IMG/VR virus record: IMGVR_UViG_3300045988_180880
Span: 1-64,000 of that record
Source: a virus
Reading direction: 5' to 3' (one strand)
Length of the DNA stretch: 64,000 nucleotides
The translations under genes and the position numbers were made by a program. Of the stretch, positions 7,730-16,560 are shown in pieces. The notes below the pieces were generated by a model. The model made no database searches and was not told the DNA's origin. It worked only from the letters and a program-made list of their open reading frames with translations. Position 1 is the first letter of the stretch, and every line of letters begins with the position of its first letter.

Positions 7730-9091
7730 TTACATGTCTAATGGTTGGTTGTTTTCAGGATCTAATGCAGTAAGATGTCCTATAGATTTTAAAATGTTCC
7801 ATGCATCTTGACCATTTAAAACGTAATAATTATTTATTAAAGTATTTGATTTCAAACTTCTGTAAATTTTTCTTTGAGAACTATTAAGGTGCTCATCTTT
7901 GTATAAATCTTTTAAATTAGTATAAGTTTTTATTATTTTTGTTTTATCTTTTGAAATTATAAAATATACGTATTTTAATTTATTAAAAAGTGCATCATTA
8001 TCACCTTCTTTAATACATATATAAGATTTTTTACATAACATTGCAGATAATAAAGTTCCTGAAAGATTCAATCCTTTATTATAATCTGTTCCATATATAA
8101 ATTCATATGCTTCTCTAGTGTGTGTCTTTAAGATAATATCTCCATATAAATTACAAACGATAATAGTATTACTTATGTACTTTATTGTATTAATATTATT
8201 CATATTCTCTTTATTATTACATAGTTTAAGATTATCAAAATGATTATTTTTTCGATCTCTATCAATATGATCTACAATTTCTCCCTTTTCTAAATTTCTT
8301 CCTAGAATATATTCCATTATAATTCTATGAGCAGGGTATGTTTTATGTTTAATTGATACATGAACATATCCAGTAGTATTTCTTTCGTCACTATAGTATG
8401 ATAATTTCTCATCTATTTTAATAAATCCTTTTTTACATACATACAATCCTGGATACTTCCAATGTTCATACCATTCATAATCATCTAGATTTCCTGAAAA
8501 TCCTGGAATAATTCGATTTGGTTTTTCGTATTTCCAAATCATCCCTTTATAAGTTCCTCCTTTAATCGCAGCAGACTCTATAGAAGATCTTACATATTTA
8601 CTTGGAGTATCCCTTGCATAAAATCTCTCAACTTCTTTTCCATCTAGGGTATATCCAACATACATTCCTAAAAATTTTGTATTTCTTAGTGATACTTTAT
8701 CAGTTCTCCAGTTTTCTTCTGGAGTAACCCACTCTAAATTATTTAAAGTGTTATCACCTCTATTATTATTTATATGATTAACTACATTATATATGTTTGG
8801 ATTAGGGTTATTTAAGAATACAGAAGCAACCATTCTATGAACACTTGAATTAATTGATTTAGGCTTTCCATTTTCTCTATAAGTAGAGGTAAATCTTATA
8901 TATTTATTCTCACTAACTACCTTACTTAATAATCTTCCAGTTTCTAAATTTTTCATTTCCCCTCTCTTATTTACTCCATATCTTCCAGAAATTTCTTTAG
9001 GAACTATAGGAGCTTCAATAGGCATAAATACATCATCGGGTAAGAAAGGATATTTTTCACGTTGTACAAAAATTGAAGGTAAATTCTCCAT
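7730..9091 (-). CDS. HNH homing endonuclease (two HNH/NUMOD-like modules)
   Basis: VVNHINNNRGDNTLNNLEWVTPEEN and IVDHIDRDRKNNHFDNLKLCNNKENMNN. Confidence 0.8.
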   Translation of the reverse strand: MENLPSIFVQREKYPFLPDDVFMPIEAPIVPKEISGRYGVNKRGEMKNLETGRLLSKVVSENKYIRFTSTYRENGKPKSINSSVHRMVASVFLNNPNPNIYNVVNHINNNRGDNTLNNLEWVTPEENWRTDKVSLRNTKFLGMYVGYTLDGKEVERFYARDTPSKYVRSSIESAAIKGGTYKGMIWKYEKPNRIIPGFSGNLDDYEWYEHWKYPGLYVCKKGFIKIDEKLSYYSDERNTTGYVHVSIKHKTYPAHRIIMEYILGRNLEKGEIVDHIDRDRKNNHFDNLKLCNNKENMNNINTIKYISNTIIVCNLYGDIILKTHTREAYEFIYGTDYNKGLNLSGTLLSAMLCKKSYICIKEGDNDALFNKLKYVYFIISKDKTKIIKTYTNLKDLYKDEHLNSSQRKIYRSLKSNTLINNYYVLNGQDAWNILKSIGHLTALDPENNQPLDM

Positions 9092-9103
9092 AACTAATAA
9101 AAT

Positions 9104-9688
9104 TTAAGGTTTAAGTTTTTCCAATTTTTCTAGAAGGCCAGAGAATATATTACGTCCTCTAGCTTTTCCATATAACTCTTTACAATACCAAGAGAGAATG
9201 TCAAATAAGCTATCTTTTTTATCTCTTGGATTAATTTTCGCCGCCATATTTATCACTTCTATTTTTCTACCGTTTTGTTCTAATAGTTTTAAAATAACGC
9301 CGAAATCAAAAATACTAACTCTATCGGCGGTATCTACAACTATAATATCAACGGTAGAGTCTAATATAAGTGATTCTAATTTTGGCGAAGATTCTGTAGG
9401 TCCTGATATCTCTGAAACTGAATTAGAGATTTTATAACCTTTGGCACTACAATAATTCAATAATCGTTTTTCTTGTTCTTCTAATTCATTTCTTTTATCT
9501 TCAGAACTTACTCTAGAATAAATTACTGTAGTTAATTCTTTTTCAAGTTTTTCCTCAGAATCTACAATAATCCATCTATGTTTAAATTCATCTATTTCAG
9601 ATTTGACTACTCCTTTAGAGATCCAATTCTCAACAGTTCTTCTAGTCACTCTGTGAATTTTTGCAAAAGTATTTATTCTATATTTCAT
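9104..9688 (-). CDS. IS607-type serine recombinase (N-terminal MerR-like HTH plus resolvase catalytic domain)
   Basis: An N-terminal HTH (FAKIHRVTRRTVENWISKG) precedes VIYSRVSSEDKRNELEEQ. This domain order and the roughly 190-aa length are typical of IS607 TnpA. Confidence 0.75.
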   Translation of the reverse strand: MKYRINTFAKIHRVTRRTVENWISKGVVKSEIDEFKHRWIIVDSEEKLEKELTTVIYSRVSSEDKRNELEEQEKRLLNYCSAKGYKISNSVSEISGPTESSPKLESLILDSTVDIIVVDTADRVSIFDFGVILKLLEQNGRKIEVINMAAKINPRDKKDSLFDILSWYCKELYGKARGRNIFSGLLEKLEKLKP

Positions 9689-9730
9689 AACACAATAACT
9701 ATAAAATTAAACAACATTTTCGTATTATTT

Positions 9731-9741
9731 CATATATAAGG
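9731..9741 (-). promoter_or_regulatory. recurrent promoter-like motif (minus strand CCTTATATATG)
   Basis: 42 nt upstream of ATG 9688. Confidence 0.55.
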
Positions 9742-9767
9742 CATACATTAGAAAAAGGTAGCGAAAT

Positions 9768-9827
9768 GTGGGTTATTTTTGATGTTTTTAGCCATCTTAA
9801 CCTATAAAATGAGCCAAAATAACCCAC
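9768..9827. repeat. 12-bp perfect inverted repeat GTGGGTTATTTT / AAAATAACCCAC with a 36-nt spacer
   Basis: Read directly. Lies between the small membrane-protein ORF and the recombinase promoter. Confidence 0.7.
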
Positions 9828-9935
9828 TATCCTAAGAGAGGTTGATTTTGCTCTTACAGATGGTTGAGTTCCTTAATAATGAAGTTAAAGAAAAAATAAA
9901 ATCCCTAGAACCGTTTAAGTCCTAGGGTAAAAGAA

Positions 9936-10103
9936 TTAATCTACTCTTTTATTTTTTAATTTATCACACTCTATTTTTGTTCTTGCCAAAGCAATAGCGT
10001 GATTGAATATATCTATGAGAATGTTATCATCCTCTAGAAATATCATCATTAGTGTCATGATAATTGCAATGATGATATGTTGAATAATTTCTTTATTATT
10101 CAT
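9936..10103 (-). CDS. small single-pass membrane protein (55 aa), paralogue of 63709..63885
   Basis: MNNKEIIQHIIIAIIMTLMMIFLEDDNILIDIFN... compared with MNKNEIIQYAIIAIIIIAVIVFLEDSELKDILIDIFN.... Below the ORF-track length cut-off. Confidence 0.55.
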   Translation of the reverse strand: MNNKEIIQHIIIAIIMTLMMIFLEDDNILIDIFNHAIALARTKIECDKLKNKRVD

Positions 10104-10112
10104 AGAAATAAT

Positions 10113-10262
10113 CATTTTAATTACACCTTTTTCTACGGATTAAATTTATTCTATGAATTTTTCTTTAACTTTAAAAAATTAATGCTAGCTTCTTTTGTAT
10201 ATCTGCAATATATACTTTAGGAGCTAGCTCATTTATTTTCTCTTCATATATAAGGCTTTGAA
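10113..10262 (-). promoter_or_regulatory. promoter motif (10245-10255) plus conserved structured 5' leader, copy A
   Basis: About 110 nt are alignable with 63557-63708. Hairpin GCTAGCT..GTATAT..ATATAC..AGCTAGC at 10184-10228. Confidence 0.5.
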
Positions 10263-10325
10263 ACATTTTTAGGCGGAACTAGTTTTTAATCGAATTCTAT
10301 ATCACTGTGCAGAAAGAAAAAACAT

Positions 10326-10374
10326 ACTCCTTAAGCAATAATAAAAAGCTTAGGGAGTTTTAAATTTTTATAGT
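10326..10374 (+). promoter_or_regulatory. conserved hairpin leader abutting the start codon, copy 1
   Basis: CTCCTTAAGC-N11-GCTTAGGGAG (10327-10357), then TTTTAAATTTTTATAGT-ATG. Near-identical copy at 62936-62985. Confidence 0.55.
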
Positions 10375-10779
10375 ATGAAAAAGACAAATAGAGAAAAAAT
10401 CAGAAGAGAATTTCAAGAGTTAAAAGTTAAGTTTGAAAAGATTAATTTCAAACAGGTAAAACTTGAATTTGAAAAAGGAACAATTACTGAAGACGAATTT
10501 ATTGAGAAATCAAGAGTGGTCTTTGCATTAAAAGCGAGGTTTAAAAAATTATTAGAAAAAACTAAGTACCTAAAATATCAAAGCAAGGCGATTAAGGAAC
10601 TTTATGGGTCAATGAGAAAATATTGCATTAAGAGTGATATTATCGATCCTTGGTATAAAGAGATAATAAAAAATTTACAAGTTCCATTTATTTTAGGATT
10701 AGCCTTAGTAGCTAGAGATCGAGAACTAGTAAAGTTTAGTAAATCATTTATTAATGGAATTAAGAAAGTAGTTGTTTAG
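10375..10779 (+). CDS. hypothetical basic coiled-coil protein
   Basis: 134-aa ORF with its own leader and terminator. Confidence 0.6.
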   Translation: MKKTNREKIRREFQELKVKFEKINFKQVKLEFEKGTITEDEFIEKSRVVFALKARFKKLLEKTKYLKYQSKAIKELYGSMRKYCIKSDIIDPWYKEIIKNLQVPFILGLALVARDRELVKFSKSFINGIKKVVV

Positions 10780-10780
10780 A

Positions 10781-10800
10781 AGAGGGATTAATTTCCCTCT
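10781..10800 (+). terminator. intrinsic terminator
   Basis: AGAGGGA-TTAATT-TCCCTCT followed by TTTTATTTT. Confidence 0.7.
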
Positions 10801-10861
10801 TTTTATTTTGTACGTTGAAAAAAAAGATAGATATAGTCTTACTATATCTATCCTTAATAAT

Positions 10862-11983
10862 TTATTTATTCTTTCTATAAGAAAGAGTTTCCGGATTATT
10901 CATATTTTCTTTTTGAGTTACTTCTCTTAGATTAGAGTATTCATTATTAATTGTCTCTACAGATCGAACAGGTTGAATATGATCTATTACATTATTTTCT
11001 TCTATCTTTTTCCCAGAAATAGTTTCATAAACTAATCTATGAACTAAAATTGATTTTCCTCCGATTTTTATTCTATACCTTTGTTCTTTTTCTTCTAAAG
11101 TACCTATATTTTCTACTCCATTAATCTTTAGAATTCCACAAAGATTGGCTTCAACTTTATGAGAGGTAATAAATGGGTTAAGATACCATCCATTTTCTAT
11201 AACTGGATGACGAGATTTATAATCTTCGAGTGTTAAGTCTATTCTTTTCCATTCATAACCTTTGTAAGTAATTCTAATTCCACATAACACTTTTCTATAG
11301 CCTGGAAAATATTTCTTTAGTTCACTAGCATTATACCATTCTTTAATAACTTTTTTATCTTTTGGATCGATTTGAAGATACTTGTATTTATGACAAAAAT
11401 TATTTAATCTATTCTCTGCCTTATTGTTTTCGCTATAAGTAATCCACTCCAGATTTTCTTTGCAAAAATTTAAGGGATTTAAATCTTTATGGTTTATTAT
11501 ATTATTTACTTCTGGATATAAATTAGGAATAAATAGATAAGCGATTAAAGAGTGATTATAAACATGAATACTAATATCAAATAAAGAAAAGCTTCTTTCG
11601 GGATATATTCTTCTATTTGAAATTTTATTTTTAAGATTAGATTTTCTTACTTTTCCTTTATAATTACATTGAATTGCGCCATACTTATTAATAAAGTATA
11701 TATTAGATAAATCATAATCTAATAATTTCTTAAAATTTTCATTTCGATCAATTAATTCAAATTTAAAAAATTTTTCAAGATCTATCCATTGATTATCTGG
11801 AATATCATCATAATAGTACTCCATAAGATCATCCGTTTCACGATTTAAAACTAAAATTTTCTTTTCTCCAGAGTTTAATTCTACTTCTGCGACATCATAG
11901 TAGTCTTCGGGGTAAGATTCGTGATGTTTAAATAGGTTTCTCCATTCTGATGGAAGTTCTGTTTTTAAATGATTCTGTAACAT
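10862..11983 (-). CDS. HNH homing endonuclease
   Basis: IINHKDLNPLNFCKENLEWITYSEN and VIDHIQP...NLREVTQKENMNN. Paralogue of 7730..9091. Confidence 0.8.
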   Translation of the reverse strand: MLQNHLKTELPSEWRNLFKHHESYPEDYYDVAEVELNSGEKKILVLNRETDDLMEYYYDDIPDNQWIDLEKFFKFELIDRNENFKKLLDYDLSNIYFINKYGAIQCNYKGKVRKSNLKNKISNRRIYPERSFSLFDISIHVYNHSLIAYLFIPNLYPEVNNIINHKDLNPLNFCKENLEWITYSENNKAENRLNNFCHKYKYLQIDPKDKKVIKEWYNASELKKYFPGYRKVLCGIRITYKGYEWKRIDLTLEDYKSRHPVIENGWYLNPFITSHKVEANLCGILKINGVENIGTLEEKEQRYRIKIGGKSILVHRLVYETISGKKIEENNVIDHIQPVRSVETINNEYSNLREVTQKENMNNPETLSYRKNK

Positions 11984-12187
11984 AATTTTAATAAATTTTA
12001 AGGTTATATAAATTATATATCGAGTAACACAATAACAATTAAAGAAGGGTTTTCTTATAAGTAGCTAATTTATAATACTCACCCTTTTATTATGTTACTA
12101 GATCAAAACAAAAAGAACAACTACAAAATTTCTTTTATAATTGTTCTATGTCATGTATTAGGGTTTGAATTCCTCAGGCCCGCAAAT

Positions 12188-12198
12188 TCTTATATATG
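12188..12198 (+). promoter_or_regulatory. recurrent promoter-like motif TCTTATATATG
   Basis: 36 nt upstream of ATG 12235. Confidence 0.5.
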
Positions 12199-12234
12199 AT
12201 ATGAAAACTTATATAAACAAAATTAATAACAGTT

Positions 12235-13398
12235 ATGATTAAAAGTATTTTAGAACAAGATCTTTATTGTTTTAGTGTATCACATTTCTTCTCTAGAAAA
12301 TTTCCAGATAGTATTGGAGAGTTAGTATTTTTTGACCGAAACAACACAGAGTACACTGAGGAATTTGTAGAAGAATTTAAAAGAAATCTTTACACAATTA
12401 AAAATCTTAAACTTCTTCCAGAGGAGTTTGAATGGGTAAAGAATAGAATTAAATACATTCCAGAATTTTATTGGGAATGGTTAAGACAGTGGAGATTCGA
12501 TCCAGAGAAAGTTAACATTTCTTTAGACGAAAAACATCATCTTAAAATCAGTGTTATCGACAAAATGTATAGAATGGCACTTTATGAAATACCAATTCTT
12601 GCAACATTGTCAGAGATGATGCATAAAGAAGACAAGGTTGATATGTCTGAAGTCTTAGGAAAACTTGAAAAGAAAATAGAACTTTCAAATAGAGAAAAGC
12701 TTTGGTTCTGTGAATTTGGCTTACGTCGAAGATATTCATTCAATGTTCATGAAGAGGTAATTAGAATGTTGAAAGAGAAATCAACTTATTGTACTGGAAC
12801 TAGTAATGTTTATTTTGCTATGAAGTATAATATGATTCCTCAAGGAACTATGAATCATCAGCTTTGTAGTTTTATGAATAGTATGTATGGATATCGTCAA
12901 GGATCGTACGTAATGATGGAAAATTGGGAAGATGTATATGATTCTCAGCTTGGTTGCGTACTTACAGATACGATAACTTCTAAAGCATTTTTCGATCAGC
13001 TTTCTAGAAAACATGCATTCTTATTTCCAAGTTTTAGACAAGATTCTGGAGATGAATATATGTTTGTGAATCTTATGATTAATCGTTTGAAAGAGCTAGG
13101 AGTTGATCCTAAAGATAAAACAGTGGTATTCTCTAATGCACTTGATATGGAAAAATTCAAAGACATTTCTGAATATTGTGCAGGAAGAATCAAAAAAGCT
13201 GTCGCAGGAATAGGAACTAATCTTACTTGTGATATTCCAGGAATTAAACCTGCTAATATAGTAATGAAATTAGTAAGATGTAGGATGAATGAAAATAAAC
13301 CTTGGATTCCTTGCATAAAACTTTCAGACGACTTAGGAAAACATACTGGTGATCCGGCCGAAATTCAGTTATGCAAAGATACGTTAGGAATAGAGTAA
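12235..13398 (+). CDS. pncB: nicotinate phosphoribosyltransferase family protein (PncB-like)
   Basis: EQDLYCFSV (tDlYkltM), EFGLRRR, GTSNV...PQGTMNHQ, FRQDSGD, GIGTNLT. Confidence 0.8.
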   Translation: MIKSILEQDLYCFSVSHFFSRKFPDSIGELVFFDRNNTEYTEEFVEEFKRNLYTIKNLKLLPEEFEWVKNRIKYIPEFYWEWLRQWRFDPEKVNISLDEKHHLKISVIDKMYRMALYEIPILATLSEMMHKEDKVDMSEVLGKLEKKIELSNREKLWFCEFGLRRRYSFNVHEEVIRMLKEKSTYCTGTSNVYFAMKYNMIPQGTMNHQLCSFMNSMYGYRQGSYVMMENWEDVYDSQLGCVLTDTITSKAFFDQLSRKHAFLFPSFRQDSGDEYMFVNLMINRLKELGVDPKDKTVVFSNALDMEKFKDISEYCAGRIKKAVAGIGTNLTCDIPGIKPANIVMKLVRCRMNENKPWIPCIKLSDDLGKHTGDPAEIQLCKDTLGIE

Positions 13399-13405
13399 AA
13401 ATAAT

Positions 13406-13432
13406 GAGCCTGGGGATAATTTCCTTGGGCTC
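13406..13432 (+). terminator. intrinsic terminator
   Basis: GAGCCTGGGG-N7-CCTTGGGCTC (with G:U pairs) followed by TTTTT. Confidence 0.6.
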
Positions 13433-13450
13433 TTTTTATATCAATGACTT

Positions 13451-13891
13451 ATGTTAATAATATTAGATCCAGCAAAAATTAATCTTAGGGATGCAAAAAT
13501 TTATACAACACAAGAAGAATTAGAAGAAACATGGAAAACGCCTTTAGATTCCATTCTTCCTTCTCTAGGTTATACTAGGACTTATTTTGAATTGATGAAG
13601 TCGAGTTTAGGAGGCGTTACAATAGGATCTGTTTATTATCGAACTGTGGAGGATCAAAATACGGCCGGTGATATTATTGAAAGAAATACATATATAAAAG
13701 TTCAAAATATAACTTATACATATTCGAGGTATTATGCTTTTTTAACAATTATAGAAGACGCGGCCGGAATAATATCTGTTTGTCAAGGTTATGTAGAGGC
13801 AGAAAAATTATTATCTGATCCTTGTATTGTTGAGATTGATAGAATTCCTATATCTATACGTGAAAGAATTATAAAACTTATTAATGTATGA
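13451..13891 (+). CDS. hypothetical protein
   Basis: 146-aa ORF, first of an overlapping plus-strand run. Confidence 0.6.
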   Translation: MLIILDPAKINLRDAKIYTTQEELEETWKTPLDSILPSLGYTRTYFELMKSSLGGVTIGSVYYRTVEDQNTAGDIIERNTYIKVQNITYTYSRYYAFLTIIEDAAGIISVCQGYVEAEKLLSDPCIVEIDRIPISIRERIIKLINV

Positions 13892-14226
13892 CAAAAAAGC
13901 GTGAAGTATATAATGAAATAAAATATGGTCTATGTGAGCTATTTCCGACAGAACATGGAAATTTCATGATTAATAATTCAGATTGTTCATTTACATATTC
14001 TAAGTTTTCTGATTCTGGAAAAATTTTATTTTATGGAGAGATGTCGATAGGTGATAAGATAGAATTTTCAGTATTTAGAACTAGGGAGGATTATCCAGAT
14101 TGTATTGTTTTCTATTTTTCTTGGATGAATGTTTCCGAGATGAAGAGAGATGTACAAAAAACAGAAGAATGGTTGGGAATATTAAATAATGGATTTGAGC
14201 ATGAAAAAACTAATAGAGTCTCCTAA
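13888..14226 (+). CDS. hypothetical protein
   Basis: 112-aa ORF with an ATGA overlap. Confidence 0.6.
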   Translation: MTKKREVYNEIKYGLCELFPTEHGNFMINNSDCSFTYSKFSDSGKILFYGEMSIGDKIEFSVFRTREDYPDCIVFYFSWMNVSEMKRDVQKTEEWLGILNNGFEHEKTNRVS

Positions 14227-14455
14227 AGAATGGCTTGAGTTTTATAAAAAACTAAATAAACTATACAATTTTCATCTTGAATACTATGGTCCAGAAAATG
14301 ATTGTATTAAGGGATATACAAATCCTTATTTCTTACCAATCAAGTATCCCGTTATTATATCTGGATATAGTACTACTAGTGGTATAGATAATTGGACTAC
14401 ACTTACATTTACATTTATTTATTTAACTGACTTTTTTAAAGATGAAGACTGCTAA
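14189..14455 (+). CDS. hypothetical protein
   Basis: 88-aa ORF overlapping both neighbours. Confidence 0.5.
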   Translation: MDLSMKKLIESPKEWLEFYKKLNKLYNFHLEYYGPENDCIKGYTNPYFLPIKYPVIISGYSTTSGIDNWTTLTFTFIYLTDFFKDEDC

Positions 14456-15329
14456 AGATTATATAGATTTCTTAGTACAGCGAGGATATAGTTCTGCAGG
14501 AAATCAATTTATATGTGGTTACTTAGAGTATACCGATTTAGAAAAGAAAGATACTTTAGGGCATGTTACATTATTTACAAGATATACAGAAGAATATACC
14601 AAAGAACTAGAATCTCTTCCTGAAGGGACTGAATTTGAGATTGATTTTTCGAGAGTAGAAGTCACAGGAGCATGGTTTAAGACTTTGATTACTTATCCAG
14701 AAAAGACTAATTCTTTTTGTGATGAAGGAACTGGAATAATAGTAGAAGGTAAAGAGTTCGAAGATAATTTTGAAAAAGTATTATGGATATCAGAGAACCC
14801 AACTGAACATGAATTAGGAACTATTAGATCGCATTATAGAAACTTGGAATACTTTATGAAAAATTTTAAACCAATTCTTATAAAGTATGATTTTTATGAG
14901 TGTTATGATTCATTTTGGGATACTACCGAAAGACATTCCTCGGCGCCTAGATTTGATTATAGACATATAAATACTAGATCTGATTTTGATATAGATTTTA
15001 TATTTACAACTAATCCTATAACTGGATCTCTTGAATGTAATGCGCCGAGTAAATTATTCGGTGATAAGTCTAAAGATTTATGTAGTTTATCTCCTAAAGA
15101 ATTTGAGAAATATTTAATTGAGGATTATTTTAGTGGTGATTTGAAATTTGAATATATTCTCAGTTCTGATCCTAGATATACAAAAGATAGTTACATTGAG
15201 ATTATGAAATTAATGTTTTCTTTAAGGTATATGGAAGACGGAACAGGTCAAGTATACAAAGATATAGATTTTGAGAAAATACCAGAAAAGTATAACGATT
15301 TAATTAGAGATTATAATGAAAAGGGGTGA
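14442..15329 (+). CDS. hypothetical protein
   Basis: 295-aa ORF. Confidence 0.65.
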   Translation: MKTAKDYIDFLVQRGYSSAGNQFICGYLEYTDLEKKDTLGHVTLFTRYTEEYTKELESLPEGTEFEIDFSRVEVTGAWFKTLITYPEKTNSFCDEGTGIIVEGKEFEDNFEKVLWISENPTEHELGTIRSHYRNLEYFMKNFKPILIKYDFYECYDSFWDTTERHSSAPRFDYRHINTRSDFDIDFIFTTNPITGSLECNAPSKLFGDKSKDLCSLSPKEFEKYLIEDYFSGDLKFEYILSSDPRYTKDSYIEIMKLMFSLRYMEDGTGQVYKDIDFEKIPEKYNDLIRDYNEKG

Positions 15330-15687
15330 TGTAGGATTATTATCTATTGGACTTAAAAGAAGATTTAACCCAATTATAGGAATAGGAGCAAGTAATAAAA
15401 ATATAGTAGAGGTAGAAAGTTTATTAAAAATTCTAGCCGAAGAAAAGAAGGTACAGGAATTTATAGATTCTTTACAACCAGGAGATATTATATACTGGAA
15501 AGATCTTGATGTGATAGAGCTTGCATGGTTTGAAGTTAAATTTCTAGAGGTATTTGACATAGAAGAACGAAGACTTCGAATACAAGAGATTCATTCTTTT
15601 AAACAATCTATTAAATTAATCAGTGCTTATGATTATCTTTCAGGAAGTTTATTAACCAAAGAAGAATATGAAAATCAGACTATATAA
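15316..15687 (+). CDS. hypothetical protein
   Basis: 123-aa ORF. Confidence 0.6.
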   Translation: MKRGDVGLLSIGLKRRFNPIIGIGASNKNIVEVESLLKILAEEKKVQEFIDSLQPGDIIYWKDLDVIELAWFEVKFLEVFDIEERRLRIQEIHSFKQSIKLISAYDYLSGSLLTKEEYENQTI

Positions 15688-15742
15688 TAGATAGAAGAAA
15701 GAAAAAGAGAAGAACAATTAAAGTTTCTTCTCTATTCTTTTT

Positions 15743-16468
15743 TTACTTCAAGATAAATTTTGAAGTTGGATCATCTCCAATTTTGTATTGTAATTTTCTG
15801 AGAGATCTAATAAATGCTTTTTTAGAACCGTATGTTGATCCTCTTTCTAATATCGTTGTATCTTCTGTTTCTCTTTTCCACTCTAAAATTTCAGGATTAT
15901 CTTGAGATATAGATTTTTGTGTTCTTGCTATCACTACATTCTTCTTCCATTCATTTCTTAGGTTAATTCTTTTTTGTGAATTTACTGGAACTATACACTT
16001 TGGATTAAGTACTAATAAACATTCTACATCCCAACCATAAAGATTAAAACTTCTTCCGTTATAGTATAATCCATTAAATTCAGGCATTCTAGTTTCATTT
16101 TGACCATTTTCTGTAAGTAATATTCCATCATAACCTTCAGAAACCATCTTTTCAAAATCAATTAAGTAATCAGAAAGAGCAGGTTGAAGTTTTGATATTC
16201 TTTTAAATGGTACTTGATATAAATCTTCTAATGTATCAATAATATAAATTTTAGCTGTAGAAGAAAGTTTGAATTTAAAATATATTTGTAAATCTTCCTT
16301 CCAAGATTCCATTTCAGATACTATAAAATCTCTCCATCCCCATTCAGAGTCTATTGGAGAAGCCCATAATCCAGTTCTAGGTTTACACCATCCTTTTCTG
16401 TTTTTAATTTTTCTGAATTTCTTTGGGTTAAATCTCTTTTTCCCATATACAATAAATTCTTTTTCCAT
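15743..16468 (-). CDS. hypothetical protein
   Basis: 241-aa ORF with a promoter motif 16 nt upstream. Confidence 0.65.
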   Translation of the reverse strand: MEKEFIVYGKKRFNPKKFRKIKNRKGWCKPRTGLWASPIDSEWGWRDFIVSEMESWKEDLQIYFKFKLSSTAKIYIIDTLEDLYQVPFKRISKLQPALSDYLIDFEKMVSEGYDGILLTENGQNETRMPEFNGLYYNGRSFNLYGWDVECLLVLNPKCIVPVNSQKRINLRNEWKKNVVIARTQKSISQDNPEILEWKRETEDTTILERGSTYGSKKAFIRSLRKLQYKIGDDPTSKFILK

Positions 16469-16484
16469 ATTCTTTTATTTTATA

Positions 16485-16495
16485 CATTAATAAGG
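16485..16495 (-). promoter_or_regulatory. recurrent promoter-like motif (minus strand CCTTATTAATG)
   Basis: 16 nt upstream of ATG 16468. Confidence 0.55.
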
Positions 16496-16560
16496 TTTTA
16501 AAACGAGAAATAAAAACCATAGGATAAATTCCTATGGGTATAACAAGTTTCTCCATAAGT

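Noticed and set aside
7730-9091. The gene following the IS607-type recombinase might be the expected TnpB.
   Set aside because: The protein has two HNH/NUMOD-type motifs (H-N-N spacing) and none of the RuvC-like D/E/D or zinc-finger organisation expected of TnpB.
12150-12185. GGGTTTGAATTCCTC resembles a tRNA T-arm (GGTTCGAATCC).
   Set aside because: No acceptor stem, D-arm or anticodon stem can be built around it. I found no convincing tRNA anywhere in the window.
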